The position numbers were made by a program, and so were the translations under genes. From positions 12,465 through 76,464 of the forward strand of contig CDMY01000435.1 of assembly GCA_001179505.1 (NCBI GenBank): a stretch of DNA of 64,000 nucleotides, read 5' to 3'. The DNA is from Vitrella brassicaformis CCMP3155. Lineage: Eukaryota; Protista; Chromerida. This document shows, piece after piece, positions 24,396 to 37,280 of the stretch; position 1 is the first letter of the stretch, and each line of letters begins with the position of its first letter. The notes under the pieces are model-generated. The model had not been told where the DNA came from and searched no databases. It saw only the letters and a list, made by a program, of their open reading frames with translations.

Positions 24396-27300
24396 TCAGG
24401 ACAGCTCGTCATGCTGCAGGCACTCCTTCAGCCCAGAGACGACACCAGGCACGGAGTGAAGCTCCATCCTTAGCTTTTCTCCATCGAGGTAGTTTGTTTC
24501 GTGCACCTCACACTCGCCCGTGTTCTCAAAATAGAAGAACATTTGGCACATTGCATTGGCCACACATGACTCGGCACACTGTTCGACGGCTGCCATGTCG
24601 ATAAAAGTGCTCTCACGATTGGCTTTCGGTCTGGCCAGGTGCTTTCGCAGACCAATGTCGGGCTGGTAGCACCCGCAGAGCACTGGCTGGGATGGAGGGG
24701 ACAGAGTGACAGCACCACTGCTCTCGTCGCGGGATGAGACGACCATCGGCACTGGTTCAACATAGACAGAGAGACACAAACAGCATTCTATTCTATGTGT
24801 TATGGCAGGCGGCCCACCTTTTAGAGCCTTCGACCCTCTGAGAAGTTCTCTATCGCCCTTGATGGGCACCACTCGCACATACAAGGCCACGTCGGTCGTA
24901 TTCCTGTCTGTTGTCAGAGTGACGTTCCTGGCCGCCATAGTGTCGATCAGCTCCTGCAGTGATATGATTTCCTCGAAGGCCTTTTTTGTGCGCTCGATCA
25001 GGTGCCGGCTGAGAAGAACTTCAATCATGTCAGCTCCGATGTGCAAGCGCCATTTGGTGATGCCTGGTGGGCAGAGGGACATGTACGCATGTGAGTCTAT
25101 ATGTGTGCACGATTCATCAAAGCACCTGTCACCCCATTGAACGAGAAATGGACGGTCCAGCGCTCAAGGCCCTCAGCAGCCAGCGTATTGGCGTCGCTGC
25201 AGAGCAACAGCCTCGGCCGCTCAGCCGAGGATCCCTCCCAGTGGTGCAGGTGGCCTCGTTGGGCTCTAAAGCCCTCGAACTCCCGGACTATGCGGGGCTC
25301 CTCTTCGTATGTCACTTCGGTGAAGAATGGCCCCGACCAACCCCAGGCAATCAGAACGGTTGGAGGTTCATTTCTGCGATCCGAACAAATCAGAGAGATG
25401 CCGTCAATTCCATGAGGACGCCTCAAATCCTACTTCCCGTTGTCGACCATTTGGACCCCACCACAGCAGGCACTGCTCAGGCTGCAGAATAGAAGCAAGC
25501 GCATTCTGTCCTCTTCGCTTCGCGCTGATTACTTAGTGGGGTGCGTGAAGGACCAGACTTTGGTGGCTGTCATATTCTCGAGGTCCAATTGCAGCTCCAG
25601 TGCTCGTGACGGCCTCCCTGTACCGGCGCGAAACATATTACCTACACGGCGCTAGCAATTACCCACCTGCACTGAATGGCCCCTTCCGCCCGTTGTCATA
25701 CCTACACATTCCTCACAGAAACACACAATTATCTCTGTCTGTCTGTCTATCTGTCTGTCTGTCTGTCTGTCTACATGAGAATGTTGCCGTTCGGCAGCTG
25801 CTGAGCATTGTGTTGTCCCAAGAAGGGCGGATCCATGTCTTCGCCGATGAATGTGAAGTCACTGCGATAAATATGCAGACGTACGTGAGTAAATGTTGAC
25901 CCGCGGACACGAGTACCTTGTTTTGCCACCCATGCGCCACAAAATCCTGCCCGTCTTCCCGCTCAGCAACACCAGCTGGTTGCAGTTCCGCATTGTGATG
26001 AGTATGTTGCCTGCATTCTTCCAAGCGCGATGGACAGATGCAGTACTGGCCTGCGCTGCTGCGACGTACCGTCTGCCGTCCGCTCAGCGTTGTTCGCGTG
26101 ATAAAAATCGTTTGGAAGGTCAGTCTCTTCGGGTATTGCGGGATCAGCTTCGTCTATAAAGTCATCAATTGTCCTCCACTCCAATAGCACATTTCTGCGA
26201 CAGCAATTGCAAAACCTTGTATCCTTTCCTCCCGTCACATGCAGCAATGCCAACCGGGCAGCATCTAAGACATGCAGCACTGCAGAAAACCCAAAAGAAA
26301 GAATGGGCGTGCAGGGTGGCGTTACTCAACGATGTTTCTCTCACTGACCGTAATGTTGGATCCCATTTATCTCCGTGGGAGACATAAGTATTTTATTGTC
26401 GCCGTCAAAGAAGAGAAAATGAAGGTCCACGTGTAGATAGCCGTGACCTGCTTGCGCATAATGAATGAGTCTTCATATCATCCGTGGACAGATTCCACGC
26501 ACCCGGTTCGTGTCTATCGACGATCTGATAGGTCGAGTTGAGCTCATACACAAAACGGGCGCTGTCGTTTGTCCTCTTGTCCCAAAGCACCACATGGCCA
26601 CTCGGTGTCGCCCCCAACATGCAGGCCCCGCCGCCAGACCTCCGAGTCCACCACACCAGATCTCCCTGTACCAGATACACGAGTGTCAGTGTATGTGAAA
26701 TGTACTTGAGTTTCTGTGTACGTCCATACCTCGCGCGAAACGATCATAAACTGACCGGTCTCCCCATTCCCCATCTCCCACCCAGTAGTAAACAAGTAGA
26801 GCTCTTTACTAGCACCAATTTCCTTGTTTCTCCCGCCTAAGGCCGCCTTCTCCCCCTCCGATGATGGCCTCCACTTTGCGGCCCATCTGGGCAAAGTGCG
26901 GTAGCGATCCATTGGCAACGAGTTTCTGAGCATGTCCTCTTCATTGTGTTGATCTAAAGGCAGGAGCGATCTCACGGAGTGCCCGAGGCGGCCCGGTGGC
27001 CCGGGACGGAGAAAGTCAGACGATAACGTCGACATTGCTTGTACGCTCGTCGCCACGGACTCCCCTCGCGTAAGAAAGGTCCATTCGTAGGGGCTTGTCT
27101 CATGTTCAGTGAGATTCTCAGAGCGCCGAACGAGGAGGCCGGGACCGAACTTGACACTGACCTTCTCCCCTGGGGCGAATGGCTGATCTGCATGGAACAC
27201 TAGTGTCTTGTTGTCCCGACCTAATACAGCTCTCCCCGTCACACGCCCGGTCTTGTCGCCAGTCACGTTGAAGAGGCTGTCCAGGTTGCCCGAGATGACC

Positions 27301-27503
27301 TCGTCGCCCTCCCTGACGGCAATGGACGTCACCTCCGACACGTACAGGGCATTCGGCCGTGGGTGCAAGTATTCATACTGACCATCTCCATACGGCCTAA
27401 CGGCTCCCTCCACAATGAAGCGCTTCCGATCCAATTCGATTGAGCTTCGAGAGGAGGCAGCACCGCAGAAGGCGAGCGCAGACAGGAGTGTATACAAGCA
27501 CAT
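24396..27503 (-). CDS. Secreted arylsulfotransferase (ASST-like) 1, with N-terminal Ig-like (Big_5/SbsA-type) and C-terminal PAN/apple domains
   Basis: Signal peptide MCLYTLLSALAFCGAAS; YEYLHPRPNA...DNKTLVFHADQPFAPGEKVSV; NDFYHANNAERTADG; FLGQHNAQQLPNGNILM; WGWSGPFFTEVTYE; VHFSFNG...ITKW; C-terminal QCAESCVANAMCQMFFY...GEC. Confidence 0.8.
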
Positions 27504-28142
27504 ACTGTCAGTTTGATAAGTGACAGATCCCGAGATTAGCGCCGGATTAACATTTCCATTTCTGCACGTTTCACTGGCGGTTTTCTCATGGGGTTGACAA
27601 GTCTGGCGATCACTTCTACGTGTGTCACACACCGGTCGTGAGCGGGTCACGCCACACAAGAACATGCGCAACTTGTTTGTTCGCATCCTGGCTGAGGCAA
27701 TTGTTCCTTCCAATGTGGAGGTGCCCCTGCACTCGGCATCATCCCGCCCACCACGCGCACACGGACTCGCACTACGTTACAGCGCACCTGGGTATACGAC
27801 TTGTCTGCCCACACCTTGGTCCCCTGAGGCACTCAGTCAGCTAGCCGACACCCTTGCTGAAACGCCACTCATTCCTTGGAAGATCCCCCAGGGGATAAGT
27901 GAATGATGACCTTCCGTCCTTATCAATTGCAAGTCTGTGGCACACCACCCCACCTGCCCTGGCTTCAGATCCACCCCGCGCAACCAAATCCTCCCGAGAC
28001 ACGATTTAAGTTCCGATACACAACTTTGAGAAATGTATGGAACTGCTTGCAGGAGATACTTTACACAAAGCGCAACGGCAGTACATAGGGAAGTTGTCCG
28101 ATACCATGAGACACGATGCATGAGACGAAATAGCGGACCCTC

Positions 28143-31100
28143 ATGTTACGTCGGAGAATGACATCTGGTGACTTCGTTGACCTTTGTGTCGTCCTGGTTG
28201 TGGTCTCCTTTAGTCGTTCCAAAGCAGCGGGTTCCCATCGAGCAGTTGTTGAAAGACGCCTGCTTGACGGCAAACGCTTCATTGCAGAAAATGACACCCG
28301 TCCGTACGGCAGCGGCCAGTATGAGTACTTGCACCCACGGCCGAATGCACTGCACGTGTCTGAACTCACGTCAATTGCCGTCAGGTAAGCGGTAAGCTTC
28401 ACAGCAGATCGCACAGACACTGTGAATTCTGTTCTGTGTGGCTGACGCAGAGAGGGGCGTGGGGTTGTCAACGAGCCCGATGAACTGAGGGATCTTTTCA
28501 CGGTATGTGACGGGACGATTGATGGAAGGGTGGTATTGGCGCTTGACAACAAGACTGTCATCTTCGTCCCGACAAGGCCCTTCCTTCCTGACCAGCGAGT
28601 CAACGTGACGTTCCGTGCGGGACTAAGAGTGCGAGTTGACGCCCTCACAAGCCTTGCAATAGGGGCGTACCAGTGGAGCTTTACGGTACGTGGCCCTTCC
28701 GGGGTGCCAATGTCGCTGCCCAACTTGGACAATGACGTGCGTGAGAACGCCGCTGGTGATACCACGCAGCGTCCGCGAACGTTGCCTCGCTGGGCAGATG
28801 CTGTTGAATGTCACGGAGTCGATGGGGAATGTGCCGAGGACGGTTTGCACTTTTTTTTCAGCTCCTTTGAAAAAGGTCAGCTACACATCCTTTCGTCGAC
28901 TGGACATCGTGTTTGGTGGAGTCAAAGGAGGCTCAGAGCAGTCTCAGACTTTCGGAAGCAGCCGTCCGGTTCATTGACATTTACAATCCGGGATGGCGGC
29001 ATTTGGATTGCCCAAGAACTCGGACCAGGATACGAAGAGATCAAGAAATACACAGCGGGTGAGCAGCTCAATTCCTGCCACTGATTACAATTGCACATGC
29101 GTGACTCTCAGGGCACGGCTACAGCTTGAACCGACACTTCTTCGAGGTCTATGAAGACGGGAGTCATCTGCTTACAATCTATACTCCAATAAATGGCAAG
29201 GTTGAGAATGTCTTGCAGCTGAAAGACGCTGACGGTTAGTGAGCAAGTCTCAACAAAGGCAAGGCATCCTCACATTCAGTGGCTGATTGGCACACCTTCA
29301 TTGTCTGTAACGCGCTCTCTCTCTCTCTCCCTCCCTCCATCCCTCCCTCTCTCCAGGGAATGTCCTGCTCGAATGGTAAGTAAGAGTGAAGAGGTATGTG
29401 AAAAAGGCATGTTGTGTGTCCTTCCGTTTTCAAGGCGCTCATGCGATGACTTCGGTACACTATGTTGTGGGTAATCGCTGGCCATTGTGATTATTTATGC
29501 AGTGGGAGCATCTGATCCGGCGCTTGCAGACAAAGGCGATGTAGGTGCTTAGATACGGCTTTTTTCACTGCGTGGATGTTCTCTCTATCTGCCCTTGCAG
29601 GTCTATCATACGAATTCAGCGGGTGAGCTCGACAGGTTCAAATACCCTGCTCTGTTGCCCATATGACCTTTCGATCCTGACAGAGCGGACACCTGATGGT
29701 GAGTAGGAAAGGCCACCGAAAATGAACCGGCCAGCAGCCTGACGATTTCCGAAACACAGGCAATTACATCGTATCCATGAGACATGCGAACCTCGTTTTC
29801 CTTGTAAGTGGGAGGACTGGAAGGATCCTATGGCGCCTGGGCGGCGGAGAAACAAGGTCTAACGTGAAAGAAACGCACATCTGTGGCACGGAAATAGAGG
29901 GTATAAACGGTGTACAGCGACTTCACGGTCGTCGACAAGAACGTTGAGGACAAGAACTCAAGGGATGACCCGCCCTTCATCGGACAGCACAGGCCATATC
30001 AGGTGAGAATGGCGACACGCTTGTCCTTGCTCCTTTTACGTTGAGTGGGATTTTGTGCAGCTGCCGAATGGGAATATCTTGATGTACGTGCGAAGCTGCT
30101 GCACTGAAAAGAGCAAGGACTCACTCATCTGATTGCACAATCCATGTCAGGCTTGACAATCAGTGGGTTCCAGGCGAGGGTAAGAGTGACTCTTCAGAGC
30201 TCAATACTTGTGGACTCGCCTCACTCACCCTTGCAGAAGTGAACAACAACTTTACCTCAATGGGAAGCCGGCCGTACGCCCGAGCAGTGGAGTGGGAGCT
30301 CGATATCGAGGCAAAGACGGCAGTCAACGTGTGGCAATACGCACACCCTGGAAGGAGGTATCTTCCTACTGTTTTCCTCATGCCTATAAAAGCAATTGTC
30401 TGCAGGCCTTCCGTCTGCTGTGGAGGGGTCCAGATGATAGACCATGAGTAAAAAAGGGGGAAGGCGAAGTGAGAAATACAATGAATGCAATATATACTTC
30501 AGGTCTGGCCAACCAAGCGTGTTGATCTCTTGGGGAATCGGAGGACCCCTCGCTACGGAAATAACGTACGAGGAGAATGCACGTATCGTCCGTGAATTCA
30601 CGAGCTTGGATATGAGAGGACATCGGGTGAGGAAAAGTTGGGACATTTAACATCACGTCGTGTCTGTGTCTGTTTCCCTTTAACGCTCAGACCTTTTTGG
30701 TCCCATTCTCGGGCCGCTCGACAAACCCCCCTCGCTTGCTTCTGTGCAGCGATTATGCAAAGGCCCCGGACACGAGCGCCCAGCTAGAAGACTGGAGTAT
30801 GCGCAGCAGTGACAGATGGCTGGCAACGGATGCATTTTCGCTCTGCTTTACTTGCAGCGATACACATGTCGTACAACGGGGTGACAGACATTGCGAAATG
30901 GCTTGTGTACGTGAGTACTGCTCGAGATCCAAAACAACCAGGCCGCTATGTAATGGACAAGACAAAGAGCGCATTCGAAGAGGTTATCACATTGCGTGAG
31001 CTTATCAATGCCATGGCGGCGAAGAATGTCACCGTGACTGACGGTGCCGGCGGTTGGACGGTGGGAGATGCAGACATCACCTTCCCCCCTGGTGGTGAAG

Positions 31101-31616
31101 ACGGCTCAACTCAATTGACCATTTACGTGCAAGTGCTCCCTGTGACACACGGGGCCGTCGAACTCGACAAGCAGTCAAAACCACTCAAAGGTAGAGAAGC
31201 CTATTCGCTTCGCTTTCACGTGGTAGGTAGCGTGGGTCTGTCTGTCTGTCTGTCTGCCACTAGTTCCATTGAGTGTGGTTAGGACCGAGAACGGCACAGT
31301 CGTTCTTAGCCCGCCACCCTATTCGGTGCTGTGCGGCTGCTATGAACCGGATATTGGGAAGGGTGGAGAAGACCTGGAAGAGGTGATCAAAGACATCAGC
31401 CTTCGAGCGCTGCAGCCCACTGGTGTCGTCAACATGGCAGCTGTGGTCCTTTGCCAAAACCTCTGTGCGGCGGAGGACGAGTGTGACATGTTTTCCTACC
31501 TGGAGGAGTCTGAAAGCTGCCAGCTGAGGCGCACTAGCGAATTCGAGCAAGGTTTCCCATACCCTCGGCGGCGGTCGGTGTCAGGTGTCATTTCTGGTCC
31601 TAAGCGATGTACATAG
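28143..31616 (+). CDS. Secreted arylsulfotransferase (ASST-like) 2, paralogue of the divergent copy
   Basis: Hydrophobic N-terminus; YEYLHPRPNALHVSE; DNKTVIFVPTRPF; NRHFFEVYEDG; VYHTNSAERTPDG; FIGQHRPYQLPNGNILM; WGIGGPLATEITYE; SYNGVTDIAKW; C-terminal CQNLCAAEDECDMFSY...SC. Confidence 0.8.
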
Positions 31617-32523
31617 ATCAGCCACGAATTAGGTGCTAGCCCCACATACTTCATGTGTACTAGCCCCAGTGGCGCCCGTCGTATCGCTCAGCGGCCGGCG
31701 GGGCGCCGCATAGACAGCCGGGCAGAGATGAGGGGATGGGGAGCCGGGCAGAGATGAGGGGATTGCCAGAGTGTACATGTCCATATGGTTGACGAGTTGT
31801 GCATGACAAGCACCAGTGATGGATAGACAGACATGCATGCGCTATTTGTCAACAATCCGCATTTTTGTGTATGGACTTGATCTGTGTTCGTCCGCGATAA
31901 AGCATCCTATTGATTGTGAATTTCGCACTGTGGAGGCAGTCGACCGGCTACAGACATGGATGAGTATGAAAGAGGTCTCGATCGAGACAAAAGCGAGCAA
32001 AAACCCGACGAGCGAATGCACTGATTCAATTGGTCAGTCACGAATCGGTCCATCAATGATCCGTCACAGATTCGTGGTACCCTGACGAGACCGAGCAGCC
32101 CTGTGGTGGGGATTTTCACTTCGCAGTCACGGGTGTGCATGTGCGTTGAGTGCAGCACAAAGGCGAGGTGAGGGACATGATCTACCTGCACAAGAGGAGC
32201 AGCTCAACTCCCAACATCGCCCATTTCACCCCGGGGGCCAAGCAAGTGGCGGACATACGGGCCGCCACAGACAGTGCAGAGGGGCTGCTGCAGGAGAGGG
32301 TGAAGCCTGCAGCAGTGTCTGTAGGCCTACGCCCGTACTTGATAGGGAGAGGGTGAGTGCATGCTGTGTCTCACAGTATTTAAGAGTGATATAGCAGTCG
32401 GTCAGCTGTGCTCGGCACCCTTCGTACTGTGTGAGCAGACTGAGCACACTACTGGCAACACGACCTCCCTCATTCATGATAGCGGGAGAGGCGACATGGG
32501 ACAGGGTTTCCGAAGGTTCACGC

Positions 32524-34104
32524 TCAGGGCAATCGGAGTTCTGTTTGGTTTTTTCTCCACGCACACAAATCAAGCACCACATCCAGTTGCGATTCCCAGT
32601 CGAGGTTTCTTCCTGAATTATCTGCGATGTCATAGTATCTCTCGAGGTCTCTGAAAATATCCATCTTGTCGAGACCCTCTCCCGAGGAGTTCGGCGACCG
32701 TGTACCATGCCGACGGGAGTCCAAGACGTACTGCCAATGGACGGGGGAATACTCGAACGCTAGGGTCGCGGGTAGCTCTGTCCTTGTGGCTTTACACAGT
32801 GCAAAGAGCTCTCGTATTGCCGCCGGCTCGCAACCCTGGCAGTCCATCTTGAACAAAGGACACACGCACCGCACTACACGTATTTCCGTGTGCCTGTCCG
32901 TCACGCTTACCTTCACGAAATTGAAGGCAGCATTTGGCTGTTCATTCTTCCCCCGATGAATGTTGAATGACGTAGACATAGCTTTGTTCAAATATTGCTG
33001 ATCGGTCGATGGGGCGAGAAACCACCGAAGAGGTAGCGACCAAACATCAAAGGACTGATAGTTTCCTCCGACAACTCCTTCCAGTGGTTGTGCTGCAGCA
33101 CAATGACTGAAATTGCCCTGAGAGCCACGATGGAGCCAGCAGTGTCACGCTACCTGTCAAGCTCGATTGCGACTGCTTCGGGTCCGCGTTTGCCTTCGGG
33201 ACAACCACGGTGTTGCCTGCGTTACCTGCCTGGCAATGCGCCACAGATTCCTCAGTGTGGTCGCTGGCAGCAAACGGATAGAGCTGCACCCTCTCCGCCA
33301 GCTGCACGCATACGCAGACGGGAGACAGGAACGGCTAGCTTTCTAACATTTTTCCATCATCGTCGAATAACAAAAAAGACTTACTTGAGGGTTCAGGCGC
33401 AGATTTTGCGCAAGCATCGCGAAGTTCTTGGGCAGCGGCTCGAAGACAGTAACCTCGCAGTCGATGGCAGCGAAGGCCAGGGTGCAGGCTCCGATGTTAC
33501 CCCCTATCTCAAGGACGCGGGGCCGCGCCGGCAGAGCAGGGTATCTCTGTCTCATTCTCTCCACGTTGCTCAAGTGAGCGATACAATCACGCCAGAATCC
33601 GTCCTGTTTTTGATAACCAGGCCAGGAATGTTGTGGTATTCATTTTCCCACCCACAAAACCTGGGAAATCGTGGAGCCCACTTCATCTGGCTCACTCCAG
33701 ATCCTGCACGAAGGAATTCACTCTGAATCAGGACAGGTCTGAGAGATCGTTCTCACAGAAACGGAAACTCGTGGTTCCATGGTTCGGGCAAGCGGTACAT
33801 GACTTGTTTGACCTGTGATGTACATGGAGATCACACTAGTACGTCGAAAGTATTGATATTGCACCTGCGGAGGGCTCTCGACGACCTTGGAGAAACCCGT
33901 GAAGACGTCAGCCCATGCTTCCACAAGCATTCGTTGTTCGGTGCTACTCGCTTGATTCAATTCTGGCTGACGTTGTCCAGCGGAAGGTCCACGAAGCAGG
34001 TTTCTCGAAATGGAAACGATTGAGACCGGGTGGTGGTATACAACAAGCACGGTACAAACACCGAGCACAAGGAGGAAGACACGTGAAAAATGGAGGCTCT
34101 CCAT
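32524..34104 (-). CDS. FkbM-family SAM methyltransferase with N-terminal membrane anchor
   Basis: VFLLVLGVCTVLVVY anchor; VLEIGGNIGACTLAFAAIDCEVTVFEPLPKN; LYPFAASD; VK|MDCQGCE; LAFEYSP. Confidence 0.82.
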
Positions 34105-34485
34105 TTTCTCTGCCGTAAGTGTATGTCGCAGGGACGAAAAAATGGGACAAAAATGAGAGGGAATAACATCCGTGACATGAAATAAAATCTCAAGTAATGG
34201 AATACATGCTTCACCTACTCAGTCGTGGAAGAAGCCCATGAAATCAACTCAACAGTCAACTCAACAATCAAGTGAAGTTGCGTCGAATAGGTTACACATT
34301 GTCGCGCCTATTTTAACTCGGCACCTGATAATGACATTGTGCGACCGGCTTGCCTGCGCCGATGAGATTCCTTTGTTGGGCGATTCTCAACCTTTGCAGA
34401 TGATTAGTCTCAGTACCCAGTCTGCCGCGACTCACCAGACGAAAGTCGGAACACGAAAAGTCCCCCTCGCCAGCCTCGCATAGTC

Positions 34486-35110
34486 ATGCCCGGAGCAGCC
34501 ATCGACGCTTTGGGGGATCACTTCTTCCTCTGCAGCCGCGCGACGGCGGAGCGCGTGGTCAAGCACAACACTCTGCTGGACGTCTTCAAGGCCATCCTTG
34601 CGGAGGTGGGCATCACGGCTGTCACAGAAGTGCCCCTGCGCTCTCTCGACATCACCCCGCCCAAACGCCCAGCCCAACAGCCAGTGCATGGACCCCTTCT
34701 TCCCCATCGACGGCCAAGGTATTCTGTGCGACGTCACAGTGGTCCACCCGTGTTGGCCCGAGAACTCCACCGCCCACCACACTCAAGTCAACCGTAGCCA
34801 TGCACGTCGGCCGGGCGGAATCGCAGCCGCGGGGAAGGAGCGAGAGAAGGACCGCAAGTACGGTGCCAACTGTCGGCAGAAGGGCTACACGTTCGTGCCC
34901 TTGCGGCGGAGACGCTCGGCCGTTGGGGTGAGGAGACCCTCACTTTGCTTCGCCGCCTCGCGCGACGCCGTGTCCCACCACCCGCCAGCTCTGCAGAGGA
35001 TCGTGCGTTTTTTCATGAGGGTGTCATGAATCATTGGGGGCAGTTTTTGTCGGTGGCGTTGATGCGCTGGAATGCTTTTCAAGTGTCCTGCCGCGCAGCC
35101 TGCGACTCAC
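34486..35110 (+). mobile_element. 5'-truncated, frameshifted non-LTR retrotransposon fragment (CRE/NeSL-like zinc knuckle + restriction-like endonuclease)
   Basis: DALGDHFFLCS...KHNTLLDVF; ILCDVTVVHP; EREKDRKYG; TFVPL[fs]AETLGRWG; HWGQFLSVALMRWNA. No RT domain seen. Confidence 0.8.
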
Positions 35111-35259
35111 GGAAGTTGACTTACAGGAAACCGATCGTTGAATACCTGGGGAAGACTATGTTTTGGAGGCGCTCGTTTATCCTATTCTATATCACGCCAC
35201 TGAACACAAGATGCACCATTATTGGCATAATTTCCTCCAATTCGGAAATCATAACTCGT

Positions 35260-35420
35260 CGGTCTGCGCTTCGCGCATCCCTCGCTCCGCCACCCATGAA
35301 TCACTCAGACGAACTGGCCTGCCGTCGGCGCTCCGGACACCTTCGGTGCCCTCCGCATTGAGTCAACTGTGGCCAGTCGTTGCTCGGCTCGGCCCTTCGT
35401 CCCTCGCCTTCGCAAGTGCA
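35260..35420 (-). repeat. ~165-bp repeat with GAA-triloop hairpins, copy 1
   Basis: Reverse complement of 46090-46260 and 50035-50195. Confidence 0.85.
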
Positions 35421-35526
35421 TCGGTTGCGTCAAATCCACGTGAGTGACTTATCATCGCGACGAGCATTATTGTTGTTGTTCACCTCTTTTTTTGTTCAGC
35501 GGACGAATCGAATTGTTGAGGGGAAC

Positions 35527-36191
35527 ATGATGTCCCTGATGCCGGTGTTGGCTGCCATTGTGGTCAGAACAATGGCATCGGCCGCGATATATCCGCAATC
35601 CTTCCATGACTTTATGGAGGAGATTGTGAAGCCGGATGTCGAAGTCCAGCGTAGCGGGCTTCCTGTACGTGGCCACGAAAAGGCGACGAACCTGTGGCGT
35701 TCTCTCAGAGGCTTCCTCTCGCAACTGGGGCGTAATCTGCCCTCGCGCGTCTCAGGGAAGGGAGATGAAGCAAAGCCAGCTAAAGATCTGTCTCGTGAGC
35801 TCGCGTATGGCCTGTTTGCGAATTCCATGAAGATTACTGATGCGTGCGAGGAGCTATCAGCACGCCGAAACTGGACACGCTACGAGCCTCTCCGGGGCGC
35901 CAAGTACTTCATCGCAATTAACCTCTTCAACAATGAGCTGACTCTTGCCGATCTCACTCTTCAACTGCTCAAACTCGTTGACTTTCTCGGCCCGGGGAGC
36001 GTCTTTCTATCCATCTATGAGAACGGCAGCTCGGATCACACCAAGGAGTATCTGATGAATCTAGACATCCTCCTTGGCCTGTATGGTGTGGCGCATCGCA
36101 TTGTCATGGAGAACCAAAACAGGCCCGGGGGTGTGCATCGCATTGAGTACCTTGCTGCAGTGCGAAACAGAGCCCTGGAACCGTTGGCAGA
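35527..36191 (+). pseudogene. 3'-truncated duplicate of the CAP59/GT69 mannosyltransferase
   Basis: Near-identical to the minus-strand gene at 44380-45986 up to ...AVRNRALEPLA, then breaks into unrelated sequence beginning with a (TGTTGTGTGTGGTGAC)x2 duplication; lacks the FLNDV motif and the C-terminal half. Confidence 0.8.
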
Positions 36192-36869
36192 CCTGTTGTG
36201 TGTGGTGACTGTTGTGTGTGGTGACATGACCTTGACAGGCACATTCATGTATGAATTCAAAAGTGCAGGTTCATTTCAAGCCCATTCGGGAAACCGGCGT
36301 CACGACCGCCACTGATTCAACGCAGGAGCTGCAGGTGGAGTTGGCCAGACGGAGGGAGGCCAATGAGCCAATTTGACCTGCGTTGAGTGCGAAATGTCCG
36401 TGGATGACATCCACTCTATCCTTCAGTCCAGTGAACACGTGTTGTGAGTACTGTAGTGAGATGATGTACCAAGACCTCGACCATTCAGCGGAATGTATCT
36501 ACGGCTTTTGTTTGATGATTGTGCCGTCCATCACTGGCAAAGGCAGCTGCCCACCACACCAAGACACCATTTCGGGGCGCTTTGCGCGAATCAACGGTCC
36601 AATTTGGTCAGACGTAAGTTGTTTGTAAATTTTCTAACGTTCGGATTTCGCTGCAAGTCGGCACAGGGATGCGTCGGGTGGGATCCAGAAGGTTTCGAGA
36701 GGTCCAAAACGTTGGAAGGCGCGGAATGAGGCAATTTGTGTTTACGATGGAATGAGATGTGTCCAATGTAATTATACAGGTCAATGTTTCCCCGCCCCAA
36801 ATCTTTTCTCAAGCCCTGCAGTATGGTTTTCGGCGGCTCTGCCGCTCCTCCGCCTGTCCTTTTGATGTC

Positions 36870-37280
36870 GATGTCCCTGGCTGCAATGGTTGATGGTCAT
36901 GATGTTCTCCCGGAATGCGGCGAACTCATCGGCGGGACTGGAGGGGGGGCGGGGCTTGCGCTTGGCGAACATCTTGAGAAAGTCCATGGTCTTCTTTCCC
37001 CATCTGCCGAATGTCTCCGCGGCGAGGCACAAAGCGGAAGCCAGCTGCTTGGGCGGTTGGACCATACTTGTCGATCTTGTCTTTCTCCGCAAGCTGAGCC
37101 GCCTTGCCACCTGGAAGCTGTGCACCACGCCGATTGACTGTCCGGTGGAAGGGAATGGGGGAGTTGTCAGGGCGGCAGGGGCGGGCGATGGTGACGTCGA
37201 GCAAGTAGTCACTGCCGTCGATCTCACAGTAGATTTCCATGCGCTGCCCGTTGGGAAACTGCAGTCTCTTGGCGTATGAT
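36870..37280 (-). mobile_element. 5'-truncated, frameshifted non-LTR RLE fragment, same family as 34486-35110
   Basis: YLLDVTIARP; AQLAEKDKIDKYG; FRFVP[fs]AETFGRWGKKTMDFLKMFAKRK. Confidence 0.8.

Noticed and set aside
25735-25775. (CTGT)n, (GT)n, (GAAT)n and (CCGT)n runs here and throughout the window
   Set aside because: Ordinary intronic or intergenic microsatellites, frequently near splice acceptors.
31715-31765. GCCGGGCAGAGATGAGGGGA twice; similar short duplications at ~34245-34270, ~39020-39053 and ~41441-41474
   Set aside because: Two-copy slippage duplications with no array structure.
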